Assembly: GCA_029860045.1 (NCBI GenBank)
Contig: JAOUBY010000001.1
Location: forward strand, 1,026-65,025
DNA from: Gammaproteobacteria bacterium
GTDB taxonomy: Bacteria > Pseudomonadota > Gammaproteobacteria > UBA9214
Direction: 5' to 3'
DNA length: 64,000 nucleotides
Below the pieces are notes generated by a model. The model was not told where the DNA came from, searched no databases, and saw nothing but the letters and a program-made list of their open reading frames with translations. The position numbers and the translations under genes are program-made. This document shows, piece after piece, positions 37,037 through 46,404 of the stretch. Every line of letters starts with the position of its first letter. The first letter of the stretch is position 1.

Positions 37037-37327
37037 ATGAAGAGTAAAAGCACTGTTGTAAATGCAGCTATTGCCGGTGTTCTGGCCATGGGCAGTGGTC
37101 TTGCTACTGTGGCTCATGCGGTTCCGGATCAACCGGCGGAATGGGAAAAGTGTGCAGGTATTGCCAGGGCCGGCATGAATGATTGTGGCGCCCTGGATGG
37201 CAAGCATTCCTGTGCGGGACAGGCCGCTGTTGATAATGACGCAAACGAATGGGTCTACGTTCCCAAAGGTACCTGCACAAAGATCACCGGTGGCGTAGTG
37301 GCTGCGGTGAAACCAGCCAAGAAGTAG
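37037..37327 (+). CDS. bufA: bufferin-type RiPP precursor, BufA1/DUF2282 family
   Basis: 96 aa; AGGAGGG RBS 8 nt upstream; Sec signal MKSKSTVVNAAIAGVLAMGSGLATVAHA; core with 4 Cys in EKCAG..NDCG..HSCAGQ..GTC pattern. Confidence 0.75.
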   Translation: MKSKSTVVNAAIAGVLAMGSGLATVAHAVPDQPAEWEKCAGIARAGMNDCGALDGKHSCAGQAAVDNDANEWVYVPKGTCTKITGGVVAAVKPAKK

Positions 37328-37330
37328 AGT

Positions 37331-38209
37331 TTGTCTACTCAACCTTTGAACACCCTCCGCCCGGGTAACCGGGCGGAGGGTCGCATCACAGGTACTGGCA
37401 TCGGGCTGCGCAGCCCACATATCCGCGAAGTGCTGGATACGCAGCCTGACGTCCCGTGGTTTGAGATACTTACGGACAACCATACCGCGGCTGGTGGGCG
37501 TACTGCAGCGGAACTCATGGCAATCCGTGAATGCTATCCGATAACCTTTCATTGTGTCGGCCTCTCACTTGGCAGCAGCGATCCTTTGGATCAGGGGTAC
37601 CTGGACACGTTGAAGACCATGCATGCACGCTATGAGCCGGCATGGATTTCCGATCATCTGTGCTTCAGCAGCCTCGATGGCACCCATTACCATGATTTAT
37701 TACCATTACCTTTCACCGAAGAGGCGGTAGAGCATGTGGCCAGGCGCATTGGTTTCGTACAGGAATTCCTGGGCCAGCGCATTCTTGTCGAAAATGTCTC
37801 CAGCTATATGGCCTATACCCACTCAGTCCTTTCGGAAGCCGAATTTCTGGCGGCCGTATCCGAGACTGCAGATTGCGACCTGCTACTGGACATCAATAAT
37901 ATCTATGTCAACGAATTCAATCATGGCCTGTCCGGCATCGACTATCTGGATGCCATCCCGTTGCGGCGGGTACGTGAAATCCACCTGGGAGGTTTTGAAG
38001 ACAAGGGAGCCTTTTTGCTGGACGCCCACAATCATGCTGTCAGCAAACCCGTATGGGCCTTGTACCGGGAATGTATAAAGCGTATTCCGGGTACCCCCAC
38101 CTTGATCGAATGGGACAACGATATCCCCGGATTTTCTATATTACAACAGGAAGCTGAAACCGCGCGGCGCATCGCTGCGGAGCAGTCAGCGGCGCAAAAC
38201 GGAGCCTGA
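37331..38209 (+). CDS. bufB: MNIO family (DUF692) multinuclear non-heme iron oxidative enzyme
   Basis: 292 aa; GIGLRSPH...VPWFEILTDNH N-terminal signature of DUF692/MbnB-like TIM barrel; 3-nt gap from bufA. Confidence 0.75.
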   Translation: MSTQPLNTLRPGNRAEGRITGTGIGLRSPHIREVLDTQPDVPWFEILTDNHTAAGGRTAAELMAIRECYPITFHCVGLSLGSSDPLDQGYLDTLKTMHARYEPAWISDHLCFSSLDGTHYHDLLPLPFTEEAVEHVARRIGFVQEFLGQRILVENVSSYMAYTHSVLSEAEFLAAVSETADCDLLLDINNIYVNEFNHGLSGIDYLDAIPLRRVREIHLGGFEDKGAFLLDAHNHAVSKPVWALYRECIKRIPGTPTLIEWDNDIPGFSILQQEAETARRIAAEQSAAQNGA

Positions 38210-38213
38210 CAGA

Positions 38214-38996
38214 ATGCAACTGGCCGACTTCGAGCGCCGTATTATGCAGGGTATCACCCCAGTAGCTGCTACCCAGGACCGGCAAGCCACGGAACAGATG
38301 CTGAAGCCTGGTGGGGAGTTGACGGCCAAAGAGTGTCTGGCTGTTTACCGTAACAACATCACGAGTACCCGGGTGCGTGCGCTGCAAGCCATTTACCCCG
38401 TGTGCGAAACTATTCTGGGCAGTGATTGTTTTCGTGTCCTGGCGAGGGAGTTTGCCTGGCAGGCGGCCGATGCCTGTGCGGACCTCAATGTCTATGGCGG
38501 GCAGCTTGCAGAATACCTGGGCGCACAGCAGCGGAGTAATTTTTCACTGCTACCCTACCTGAAAGAACTGGCCCGGCTGGAATGGAATTGGCACACTGCC
38601 TACTATGCCGCGGATACTGCGCCTTTCGCTTACCAATCATTTTCTAGCGCTGCGGCTCACCCTGAACGATTGCGCTTTACCCTTGCTGACGGTCTTGCTT
38701 TGCTGGAAACAAAATATCCAGTGAGGGAAATCTGGCAACGGCATCGTGCGCGGGAAAATCCGGATAGCATCCCTGCGCTTGAAGCCTGCGAATACCTGTG
38801 CATCCACCGTCCTGATTATGGACCCCAGGTTACATCTCTGGGTAAAACAACATATGTCTTGCTTACACGTATCCAAAAGGGCAGTACGCTGGAACAACTC
38901 GGGGATACAGCAGAGCTAAGCGAAAATCTGGCTGAACTACTACCGGTTCTGATCCAGCGGGGCTGGGTGTCAGGATTCCAGTTGTTGTCGGTATAG
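38214..38996 (+). CDS. bufC: DUF2063 partner protein of MNIO enzyme
   Basis: 260 aa; N-terminal AVYRNNITSTRVRALQAIYPV signature of DUF2063. Confidence 0.7.
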   Translation: MQLADFERRIMQGITPVAATQDRQATEQMLKPGGELTAKECLAVYRNNITSTRVRALQAIYPVCETILGSDCFRVLAREFAWQAADACADLNVYGGQLAEYLGAQQRSNFSLLPYLKELARLEWNWHTAYYAADTAPFAYQSFSSAAAHPERLRFTLADGLALLETKYPVREIWQRHRARENPDSIPALEACEYLCIHRPDYGPQVTSLGKTTYVLLTRIQKGSTLEQLGDTAELSENLAELLPVLIQRGWVSGFQLLSV

Positions 38997-39249
38997 ACTG
39001 GAAGTCCGGCAACAGTCCCGATATGCCGTAATCTGCCATTAATCTCAGTTCGAACTCCAGTGCATCGAATGTCTGCTGGGCAAATACCTTACTTATGATA
39101 TTGCACCAAAGTGCAGTCTGCGCCTGTCTGTATGCGCCAGGACTTTGGTACAAGAGAAGTTCTTGTAATGCTTTGGGGAATGGGCAGAAAGGCGGCAGCT
39201 GGAGCGGGCATCCTGCCTGTAGGCAGCTGGGGATGGTGGCGGGGATGCT

Positions 39250-42200
39250 CTAGTCGAGCGGTTCGAGCTCTTTTTCCAGTTGGCGTGCGACGCGATGCGG
39301 GGAGCCGGTGTGGCGCGCCATCAGGTCATAGGCCACCGGTACCACGAACAGGGTGAAGAAGGTTGCGGACAGGATGCCGGCCAGGATGACGGTGCCGATC
39401 ACGGTTCGTGTCTCGGTGCCGGCGCCGGAGGATAACAGCAACGGGATGGAGCCAGCTGCCGTGGTGATGCCGGTCATGACAATCGGCCGCAGGCGAATCA
39501 CAGAAGCTTCGACCAGCGCTTCCCGGAAGGAATGGCCGGCATCACGCAGTTGATTGGTGAACTCGACGATCAGGATGCCGTTCTTTGCGGACAGGCCGAC
39601 CAGCATGATCAGGCCAATCTGGCTGTAGATATTCAGGGTCTGGTCAGACATGTACAGACCGAGCAGGGCACCGGCCATGGCCAGTGGCACGGTCAGCATG
39701 ATCACGAACGGATGTATCCAGCTTTCAAACTGCGCAGCCAGCACCAGGAAGACGACCACGATGCCAAGCAGGAAGGTAAACATGATCGCACTGCCGCTGG
39801 ACTGGTAATCGCGTGACAGACCTTTGTAATCAATGATTACGTCACCGGTCAGGTGCTCGCTGACCAGCTGGTTGAGGCTGTCCAGTGCATCGCCTAGCGA
39901 AACCCCCTCGGCAAGGTTGGCCGACAGCGTGATCGAGCGCACACGGTTGTAGCGATTGAGCCTGATGGAGTCCGCGAATTCCTCCAGCCTGATCAGGTTG
40001 GAAAGCGGAATCAGTTGTTGGGTGCGGTCCGATCGTACGTAGATGTTTTCCATGTTGGTCGGTGTGCGCTGGGTGCTGCGTTCGCCTTCCAGGATGACAT
40101 CGTACTCCTCGCCGGCATCTATATAGGTAGTGACGCGCCGCGAGCCCAGCAGGGTTTCCAGGGTACGGCCAATAGTGCTGATGGTGACACCCAGTTCCGC
40201 GGCGCGGTCGTAATCGATGGCCACGCGCAGTTGTGGCTTGGTTTCCTTGTAATCCCAGTCCAGTCCGACCAGGCCGGGGTTGTTCTGTTCGATTTTCTCG
40301 ACCAGGATGTCGCGCCATTGCGCCAGTTCAGCATAGGTGCCGCCGCCGATGACATACTGCACCGGCTTTTGTACGCGTGCGCCAAAGCCCTTGCGCATAA
40401 TCGGAAAGACGCGCACACCGGGCAAGTCCTTGAGTCGGTCTCGCACTTCATCCATGATGACCCACGCCGAGCGACGGTTGGCCCAGTCGTCCAGTACGTT
40501 GATAACGATGCCGGTATTGAAGATTTCAAAGTTCCCGAAGGCGCGCGGCGCACGAACCAGCAGGCGGCTGATCTCGCCACTTTCCACCAGCGGCATCATG
40601 CGCTGTTCAATTTCCGTCATATAGGCGGCGATGTACTGGTAAGACGAGCCCTCCGGCCCGGTTACCATCAGGTAGAACACGCCGCGGTCTTCCTTGGGCG
40701 AGTATTCGTTGGGGAGCTGCTCGAGCAGCCAGAGTGAACCGCCGAGCAGGCCGGCAAACACCACCCCCACCAGCCAGGCCTTGCTGAGTGCGTGCCGCAG
40801 TACCACGTGGTAGCCCTCGCGCACCCTGCCGAAGGCCCCGTCGACCAGCCTCGACAGGCGTGACCGGCTGGCGCCCTGTGGCAGGATTTTCGACGCCAGC
40901 ATGGGAGACAGGGACAAAGCGACAAAACTGGAGAACGCCACGGCGGCGGCCATGGTCAGTGCAAACTCTGAGAACAGGCGGCCGATATCACCCTGCAGGA
41001 AGGCGATCGGCACAAAGACTGCGACCAGTGCCACGGTCGTGGCGATAACCGCAAACCCGACCTGGCGGGTACCCCGGAATGCGGCGACCAGGCGTGTCTC
41101 GCCATGGGTCTCCATGCGCCGGTGGATGTTTTCCAGTACCACGATGGCGTCATCCACGACCAGGCCGATGGCCAGCACCAGGGCGAGCAGGGTAAGGATG
41201 TTGAGCGAGAAATTCAGGCCCAGTAGTACCATCGAGGTGGCCACCAGCGATACCGGTACCGTGATTGCGGGTACCAGCATGGCGCGGACGCTGCCGAGAA
41301 ACAGGTAAATCACACCAATCACCATGATGATGGCGATAAACAGGGTCTTGTATACCTCGCGGATGGCCCCCTCGACAAACACTGAACTGTCATAACTTTG
41401 CTTGATGGCCATACCCTCTGGGAGGGTGGCATTGATACGGTCCCTTTCGGCCTTGGCGGCCTTGGCGACAGCCAGCGTGTTTGCGGTTGATTGCTTGGTG
41501 ATGCCGATGCCAACCATGGGGATGCCATTGCCACGAAAGAACAGCCGGTCTTCCGCAGTGCCACGCTCCACGCGCGCCACGTCGCCCAGCCTGACCAGGT
41601 AGCCATCTTCGCCCCGTGCCAGCACCAGTCGGGAGAAATCATCGGCATTGGTAAAAGTGCGTTCGGTGCGCACCGTGAACTGGCGACCCTCGGAGTCGAT
41701 ACTGCCGGCCGGTAACTCCAGGTTCTCTGCGCGCAGTGCTGCTTCCACATCGGCCACGGTCAGGTTGCGTGCGGCCAGCTCGCTACGGTTCAGCCAGATG
41801 CGCATGGCGTAGACCTGGCCACCACCGACACGGACCCGGGCCACGCCATCGAGCACTGAAAACCGGTCGACAAGGTAGCGCCGTGCATAATCGGTCAGTT
41901 CCGGGATGCTCATGCCCGTACCTTGCAGGTTGAGCCACATCACTACATCCTCGTCGCTGTCCTCCTTGCGAATGTCCGGCGGATCGGCCTCGGCCGGCAG
42001 GTTATCGAGAATGGCCGCGACGCGGTCGCGGATATCATTGGCAGCGGCATCGACGTCACGGTCAACATCGAACTCGATGGTGATCCGGGAACGGCCGTCC
42101 TCGCTGACCGAGGAAATAAAGCGAATGCCTTCCACGCCCGAGATGCGGTCCTCGATCAGTTCGGTGATGCGGTTCTCAACAACGCTGGCAGCAGCTCCGG

Positions 42201-42354
42201 GGTAGGAGGTGGAGACGGTCACCAGCGGCGGGTCGATGTCCGGGTATTCGCGCAGCGGCAGGCGGTCAAACGAGATCAGGCCAAAGGCGATCAGCAGCAG
42301 TGACATGACCGCCGCAAACACCGGGCGTTTGACCGAGAGGTCGGAAAGAATCAT
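39250..42354 (-). CDS. RND efflux transporter permease, AcrB/HAE-1 type
   Basis: 1034 aa, 12-TM topology; LVVDDAIVVLENI motif typical of AcrB-like pumps rather than heavy-metal (HME) RND pumps. Confidence 0.9.
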   Translation of the reverse strand: MILSDLSVKRPVFAAVMSLLLIAFGLISFDRLPLREYPDIDPPLVTVSTSYPGAAASVVENRITELIEDRISGVEGIRFISSVSEDGRSRITIEFDVDRDVDAAANDIRDRVAAILDNLPAEADPPDIRKEDSDEDVVMWLNLQGTGMSIPELTDYARRYLVDRFSVLDGVARVRVGGGQVYAMRIWLNRSELAARNLTVADVEAALRAENLELPAGSIDSEGRQFTVRTERTFTNADDFSRLVLARGEDGYLVRLGDVARVERGTAEDRLFFRGNGIPMVGIGITKQSTANTLAVAKAAKAERDRINATLPEGMAIKQSYDSSVFVEGAIREVYKTLFIAIIMVIGVIYLFLGSVRAMLVPAITVPVSLVATSMVLLGLNFSLNILTLLALVLAIGLVVDDAIVVLENIHRRMETHGETRLVAAFRGTRQVGFAVIATTVALVAVFVPIAFLQGDIGRLFSEFALTMAAAVAFSSFVALSLSPMLASKILPQGASRSRLSRLVDGAFGRVREGYHVVLRHALSKAWLVGVVFAGLLGGSLWLLEQLPNEYSPKEDRGVFYLMVTGPEGSSYQYIAAYMTEIEQRMMPLVESGEISRLLVRAPRAFGNFEIFNTGIVINVLDDWANRRSAWVIMDEVRDRLKDLPGVRVFPIMRKGFGARVQKPVQYVIGGGTYAELAQWRDILVEKIEQNNPGLVGLDWDYKETKPQLRVAIDYDRAAELGVTISTIGRTLETLLGSRRVTTYIDAGEEYDVILEGERSTQRTPTNMENIYVRSDRTQQLIPLSNLIRLEEFADSIRLNRYNRVRSITLSANLAEGVSLGDALDSLNQLVSEHLTGDVIIDYKGLSRDYQSSGSAIMFTFLLGIVVVFLVLAAQFESWIHPFVIMLTVPLAMAGALLGLYMSDQTLNIYSQIGLIMLVGLSAKNGILIVEFTNQLRDAGHSFREALVEASVIRLRPIVMTGITTAAGSIPLLLSSGAGTETRTVIGTVILAGILSATFFTLFVVPVAYDLMARHTGSPHRVARQLEKELEPLD

Positions 42355-43496
42355 TTGGCTTTACTGTTACCTGGCAGGGACCGGAGTATTTCCGCCAGTG
42401 ACTGTGTGCCGTCGTCTACAGCGCTGATGGTCACCTGCTGGCCGGGGCGCACCTTGAGGGTGCCGTGGCTGATGACCTGTTCACCGGCCTGCAGGCCTTC
42501 CAGTACCTCCACTTCGCCGGGACGGCGACTGCCGATGCGTATCTCGCGTTTCATGGCCTTGTTGCCGTCTGTTGTATCGACCGTGTAGACGATTTGCCGG
42601 GTGCCCTGCGGGATCAGCGCCTCTTCCGGAATGACCAGTGTCTCGCGCGGGTTGTTCAGTAGCACTACCTGCATCAGCATGCCGGGTTTCAGTATCCGCT
42701 TCGGGTTGGGCAGGATGGCGCGTACCCGGATGGAGCGGGTAATCGGGTCGATGCGGCTGTTGACGGATTTGACGCTGCCTTCAAAGCTTTTCCCGGGGAA
42801 TCCGCGCGCCGTGGCAATCACTTCAAGGTCGGGGCGAACGGCATCCAGGTAGGTGCCGGGTACCTGGAATTCCAGCTTCATGACGCTGTCATCGTCCAGC
42901 GTGGTGATCAGGTCGCCTGGCTGCACCAGCGCACCAACGCTAAGGTCACGTAACCCCAGTACACCGGAGAACGGTGCCTTGATGAGACGATCGGCAAGTC
43001 GTGATTCGATTGCGGCCAGGCGTGCGCGCGCGGTTTCCCATTCGCGTTGACGCTGGTCGAGCAGCGACTTCGCTGCCGTGCCCTGCGCCTCGAGTGACTT
43101 GATGCGCTGGTATTGCCGTTTCGCCTCGTTGACGGTTGCGCGCGCCTCCTCAAGCTGGGCATGTTCTTCGCGGCTGGTCATTTCAACGAGGACCTGGCCC
43201 TGCTCGACACGTTCGCCATCGTCGAAATGGATTGCGCTGACGGTTTCGGAGACGGTCGCGGTCAGTTCCACGGACTCGTTGGCCATCAGTGTGCCCAACG
43301 CCTCCATGCGGTCAGCAAAGTGGTTGACGCGGACCTCGGACACAATCACGCCAGGCGCAGGGCGGTCGGCGGCCTGTGTCCATCCGGCCAGCGAGGCGAG
43401 GCCGACTAATAGCAACAGGCGTGGTTTACAGCAGCTGGCGATCATGTTTCTCCAGAGTATCGAATTGCCGGTTAAGTCCATGATGTGGTTGATCAT
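42351..43496 (-). CDS. RND efflux periplasmic adaptor (membrane fusion protein)
   Basis: 381 aa; coiled-coil/lipoyl/beta-barrel pattern; 4-nt overlap with permease gene; alternative start at Met18 (43445). Confidence 0.85.
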   Translation of the reverse strand: MINHIMDLTGNSILWRNMIASCCKPRLLLLVGLASLAGWTQAADRPAPGVIVSEVRVNHFADRMEALGTLMANESVELTATVSETVSAIHFDDGERVEQGQVLVEMTSREEHAQLEEARATVNEAKRQYQRIKSLEAQGTAAKSLLDQRQREWETARARLAAIESRLADRLIKAPFSGVLGLRDLSVGALVQPGDLITTLDDDSVMKLEFQVPGTYLDAVRPDLEVIATARGFPGKSFEGSVKSVNSRIDPITRSIRVRAILPNPKRILKPGMLMQVVLLNNPRETLVIPEEALIPQGTRQIVYTVDTTDGNKAMKREIRIGSRRPGEVEVLEGLQAGEQVISHGTLKVRPGQQVTISAVDDGTQSLAEILRSLPGNSKAK

Positions 43497-43634
43497 ATCC
43501 TATTGATACAGATCATGACATCTATTTGGTGGCAAGGTTCTGCATGGTTGTTGCGCCGCTTTATCTGCATCCGGCAGCGTCATGGAATCATCCGGCTTTT
43601 CTATAAGTTATGAACAGGTGCAGAAAAAAAGCGC

Positions 43635-43663
43635 AAAAAAAACCCGCAACGCAGGTTGCGGGT
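43635..43663 (-). terminator. rho-independent terminator (minus strand) after the actP operon
   Basis: ACCCGCAACgcagGTTGCGGGT hairpin followed (minus strand) by an 8-T run. Confidence 0.75.
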
Positions 43664-43687
43664 CTTGTGTTTGCGCGGTCTTTTTAT

Positions 43688-43906
43688 TTACTGCAGCTTC
43701 TGCGCCGGTTGGGCTTCTGTCAGTGTAAATTCCTCGACATATATTTCATTCAGGACGTAGTTGTTCATGCGTCGTTCCGGCTGACGGCTACGGTTGAACG
43801 GGACTACACAGCCACTACGGTCGGTAAGGGGGAAACTGGCAGGTTTCCCGAGCTGGCGGCGTTCTTTTGCGGTTCTTGTTTTCATTTTGTTGATTCTCTG
43901 CTCCAA
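43688..43906 (-). CDS. small basic hypothetical protein (last gene of actP operon)
   Basis: 72-aa ORF (possibly 66 aa from MKTRTAKERR), Arg-rich, single Cys; followed by a strong terminator. Confidence 0.4.
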   Translation of the reverse strand: MEQRINKMKTRTAKERRQLGKPASFPLTDRSGCVVPFNRSRQPERRMNNYVLNEIYVEEFTLTEAQPAQKLQ

Positions 43907-44082
43907 CTATACAGTTCCCTCTGGTAGGGCCGCGGCGCTTCCCTGCCTGCCGGGGCGCTTGATAAAGGTTAGTGGCTTTTTCTTGTTATGGTTGCCACTT
44001 GCAAACAGGATAGGAAACCCGCCCCGGACTGTATATTGGTCTTTGGTACATTGCTCCCTGGTACAGGGCGTGTGGAGCCGTA

Positions 44083-45894
44083 TCAGGCCTGTCGTGGTAT
44101 GCGGATATGCTCAACCAGTTGCTGGATATGCGCCGGGGGCGGGGCCGTATTACGTGCCACCGCGGTGGCAACGGCGAAATTGATTACCATGCCAATCACG
44201 CCGGCACCTTCGGGTGAAATACCCAGGATCCAGTTCTCCGGTACGTTGGCGGCCATGGGCTCGATAAACACGCCCTTGAAGTAAATGATGTATCCCAGCG
44301 TGAAGCTGAGACCTGCGAGCATGCCGCTGATCGCGCCCCATTTGTTCATGCGTTTGTTGAAGATACCCATCAGGATGACCGGGAACAGCGAGGCAGCTGC
44401 GAGTCCGAATGCAAACGCCACCACCTGGGCAACGAACGCGGGTGGATGCAGGCCCAGGTAACCGGCAACACCGATGGCCGCGGCCGCGGCCATGCGTCCG
44501 GCCATCAGCTCGTTTTTCTCGCTGATGTTCTTCATGAACGTCCCCTTGAGCAGGTCATGCGAGATGCTTGAGGAAATTACCAGCAGCAGGCCGGCCGCGG
44601 TGGACAGTGCGGCGGCAATGCCGCCGGCGGCAACCAGCGCGATGATCCAGTTGGGCAGGCCGGCGATCTCCGGGTTGGCCAGTACCATGATGTCGCGGTC
44701 GACGTAGATTTCATTGGCATGCGGTGCACCGCCCTGGATCTCGCCGTCACCGGGGTTGCTGGTGGCGCGCTCGCCCTGGCTGCCGCGTTGATCGCCGTCA
44801 AAGACCGGCTTGCCGTTGCCGGCAAAGGCCTTGCCGGCGGCGTATTGCACCTTGCCGTCCTGGTTGTGGTCATACCAGGCCAGTAGCCCGGAGTTTTCCC
44901 AGGTCTTGAACCAGTCGGGCATGGCGGCATAGTGCGTGCCGCTGCCCTCGGTACCATTAACGGTTTCCACCAGGTTCATGCGTGCCAGCGCCCCGACGGC
45001 GGGCGCCGTGGTATATAGAATGGTAATGAACAGCAACGCCCAGCCGGCCGATATGCGGGCGTCGCGCACCCGGGGTACCGTGAAGAAACGCACGATCACG
45101 TGTGGCAGGCCGGCGGTACCGACCATCAGTGCCAGCGTAATCGCACACACATCGATCATCGACTTGTCATTGAATGGCTCGGTGTAGGAACCAAAGCCAA
45201 GGTCAACCAGGGTCTGGTCGAGTTTTCCCAGCAGCGAGGCGGAGCCATCCACCAGTTCACTACCCAGTGCCAGCTGCGGCAACGGGTTGCCGGTGGCGTT
45301 AATGGCTATGAACACGGCCGGTACGGTGTAGGCAAAGATCAGTACGCAATACTGGGCGACCTGGGTGTAGGTGATGCCCTTCATGCCGCCGAGTACGGCA
45401 TAGATGAACACGACGCCCATACCTACAAACAGGCCGGTCTCGACCGGGACCTCCAGAAAGCGCGAGAACACGATACCGACGCCGCGCATCTGGCCCGCGA
45501 CATAGGTAAACGAGATAAATATCAGGCAGATGACCGCGACCACGCGTGCCAGCTGCGAGTAATAGCGGTCGCCGATGAATTCCGGGACAGTGAACTTGCC
45601 GAATTTGCGCAGGTAGGGCGCCAGCAGCATCGCCAGCAGCACGTAGCCACCGGTCCAGCCCATCAGGTACATGCCGCCTTCATAGCCGAGAAAGCTGATC
45701 AGTCCGGCCATGGAGATGAACGAGGCCGCCGACATCCAGTCGGCCGCGGTGGCCATGCCGTTGGCAACCGGGTGCACGTGTTTCCCGGCGACATAGAAAT
45801 CGCCGGTGCTGGTTGCGCGCGAGCCGATGGCAATAGCGATATACAGGGCAAAGCTCAGACCCACGGTGAGGAACGTCAGTGTTTGCAGTTCCAT
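44083..45894 (-). CDS. actP: cation/acetate symporter (solute:sodium symporter family)
   Basis: 603 aa; SSS-family TM pattern and ActP-like N-terminus (GDFYVAGK..., AADWMSAASFISMAGL); ~50-aa longer loop than E. coli ActP. Confidence 0.85.
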   Translation of the reverse strand: MELQTLTFLTVGLSFALYIAIAIGSRATSTGDFYVAGKHVHPVANGMATAADWMSAASFISMAGLISFLGYEGGMYLMGWTGGYVLLAMLLAPYLRKFGKFTVPEFIGDRYYSQLARVVAVICLIFISFTYVAGQMRGVGIVFSRFLEVPVETGLFVGMGVVFIYAVLGGMKGITYTQVAQYCVLIFAYTVPAVFIAINATGNPLPQLALGSELVDGSASLLGKLDQTLVDLGFGSYTEPFNDKSMIDVCAITLALMVGTAGLPHVIVRFFTVPRVRDARISAGWALLFITILYTTAPAVGALARMNLVETVNGTEGSGTHYAAMPDWFKTWENSGLLAWYDHNQDGKVQYAAGKAFAGNGKPVFDGDQRGSQGERATSNPGDGEIQGGAPHANEIYVDRDIMVLANPEIAGLPNWIIALVAAGGIAAALSTAAGLLLVISSSISHDLLKGTFMKNISEKNELMAGRMAAAAAIGVAGYLGLHPPAFVAQVVAFAFGLAAASLFPVILMGIFNKRMNKWGAISGMLAGLSFTLGYIIYFKGVFIEPMAANVPENWILGISPEGAGVIGMVINFAVATAVARNTAPPPAHIQQLVEHIRIPRQA

Positions 45895-45898
45895 GTCA

Positions 45899-46153
45899 TC
45901 AGTCCTCGTTTACGCCGTAGTGGCGGTCCAGCCGGTTCATGCGGATGGCGTAGTAAAAGATCAGTACCAGGAAGGTGATCAGAGAGCCCTGTTGCGCGAA
46001 CCAGAAACCGAGCGGGTATCCGCCGATGTGGAACTGGTTGAAGAAATCGACCAGCAGGATGCCGGCGCCGAACGAAACCGTCCCCCAGACCACCAGGCAA
46101 CTGATAACGAGTTTGATGTTGGCCTTCCAGTAGGCCTGGTGCTGCTGGTCCAT
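45899..46153 (-). CDS. DUF4212-type small membrane subunit associated with the SSS symporter
   Basis: Start at MDQQHQAYWKANIKL (AAGGGGGA RBS); two TMs; 4-nt gap to actP. Confidence 0.6.
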   Translation of the reverse strand: MDQQHQAYWKANIKLVISCLVVWGTVSFGAGILLVDFFNQFHIGGYPLGFWFAQQGSLITFLVLIFYYAIRMNRLDRHYGVNED

Positions 46154-46404
46154 GGTGCTCCCCCTTGTTGATTGTGCACCCTGAATAACAGCGATTGTGA
46201 GGTAAATCAAGCCGCTTAAAAAACTGTGCGACACCCTCTATAATGGGCCCGGTTATGGTGGCTTGTGCCGGTCCCCCCGCGACGATAAGCTGTGAACCCC
46301 GTCAGGCCCGGAAGGGAGCAGCGGCAGCAGTGGACTCGGGCGCCGGGGTGTGGCTGGTGCAGGTCGCCTCCATTATTTTGCAAAATACCAAAACAAGGCC
46401 ATAA

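Noticed and set aside
45100-45978. 292-aa ORF antisense to actP
   Set aside because: Embedded opposite a conserved transporter gene; Gln/Arg/Gly-rich
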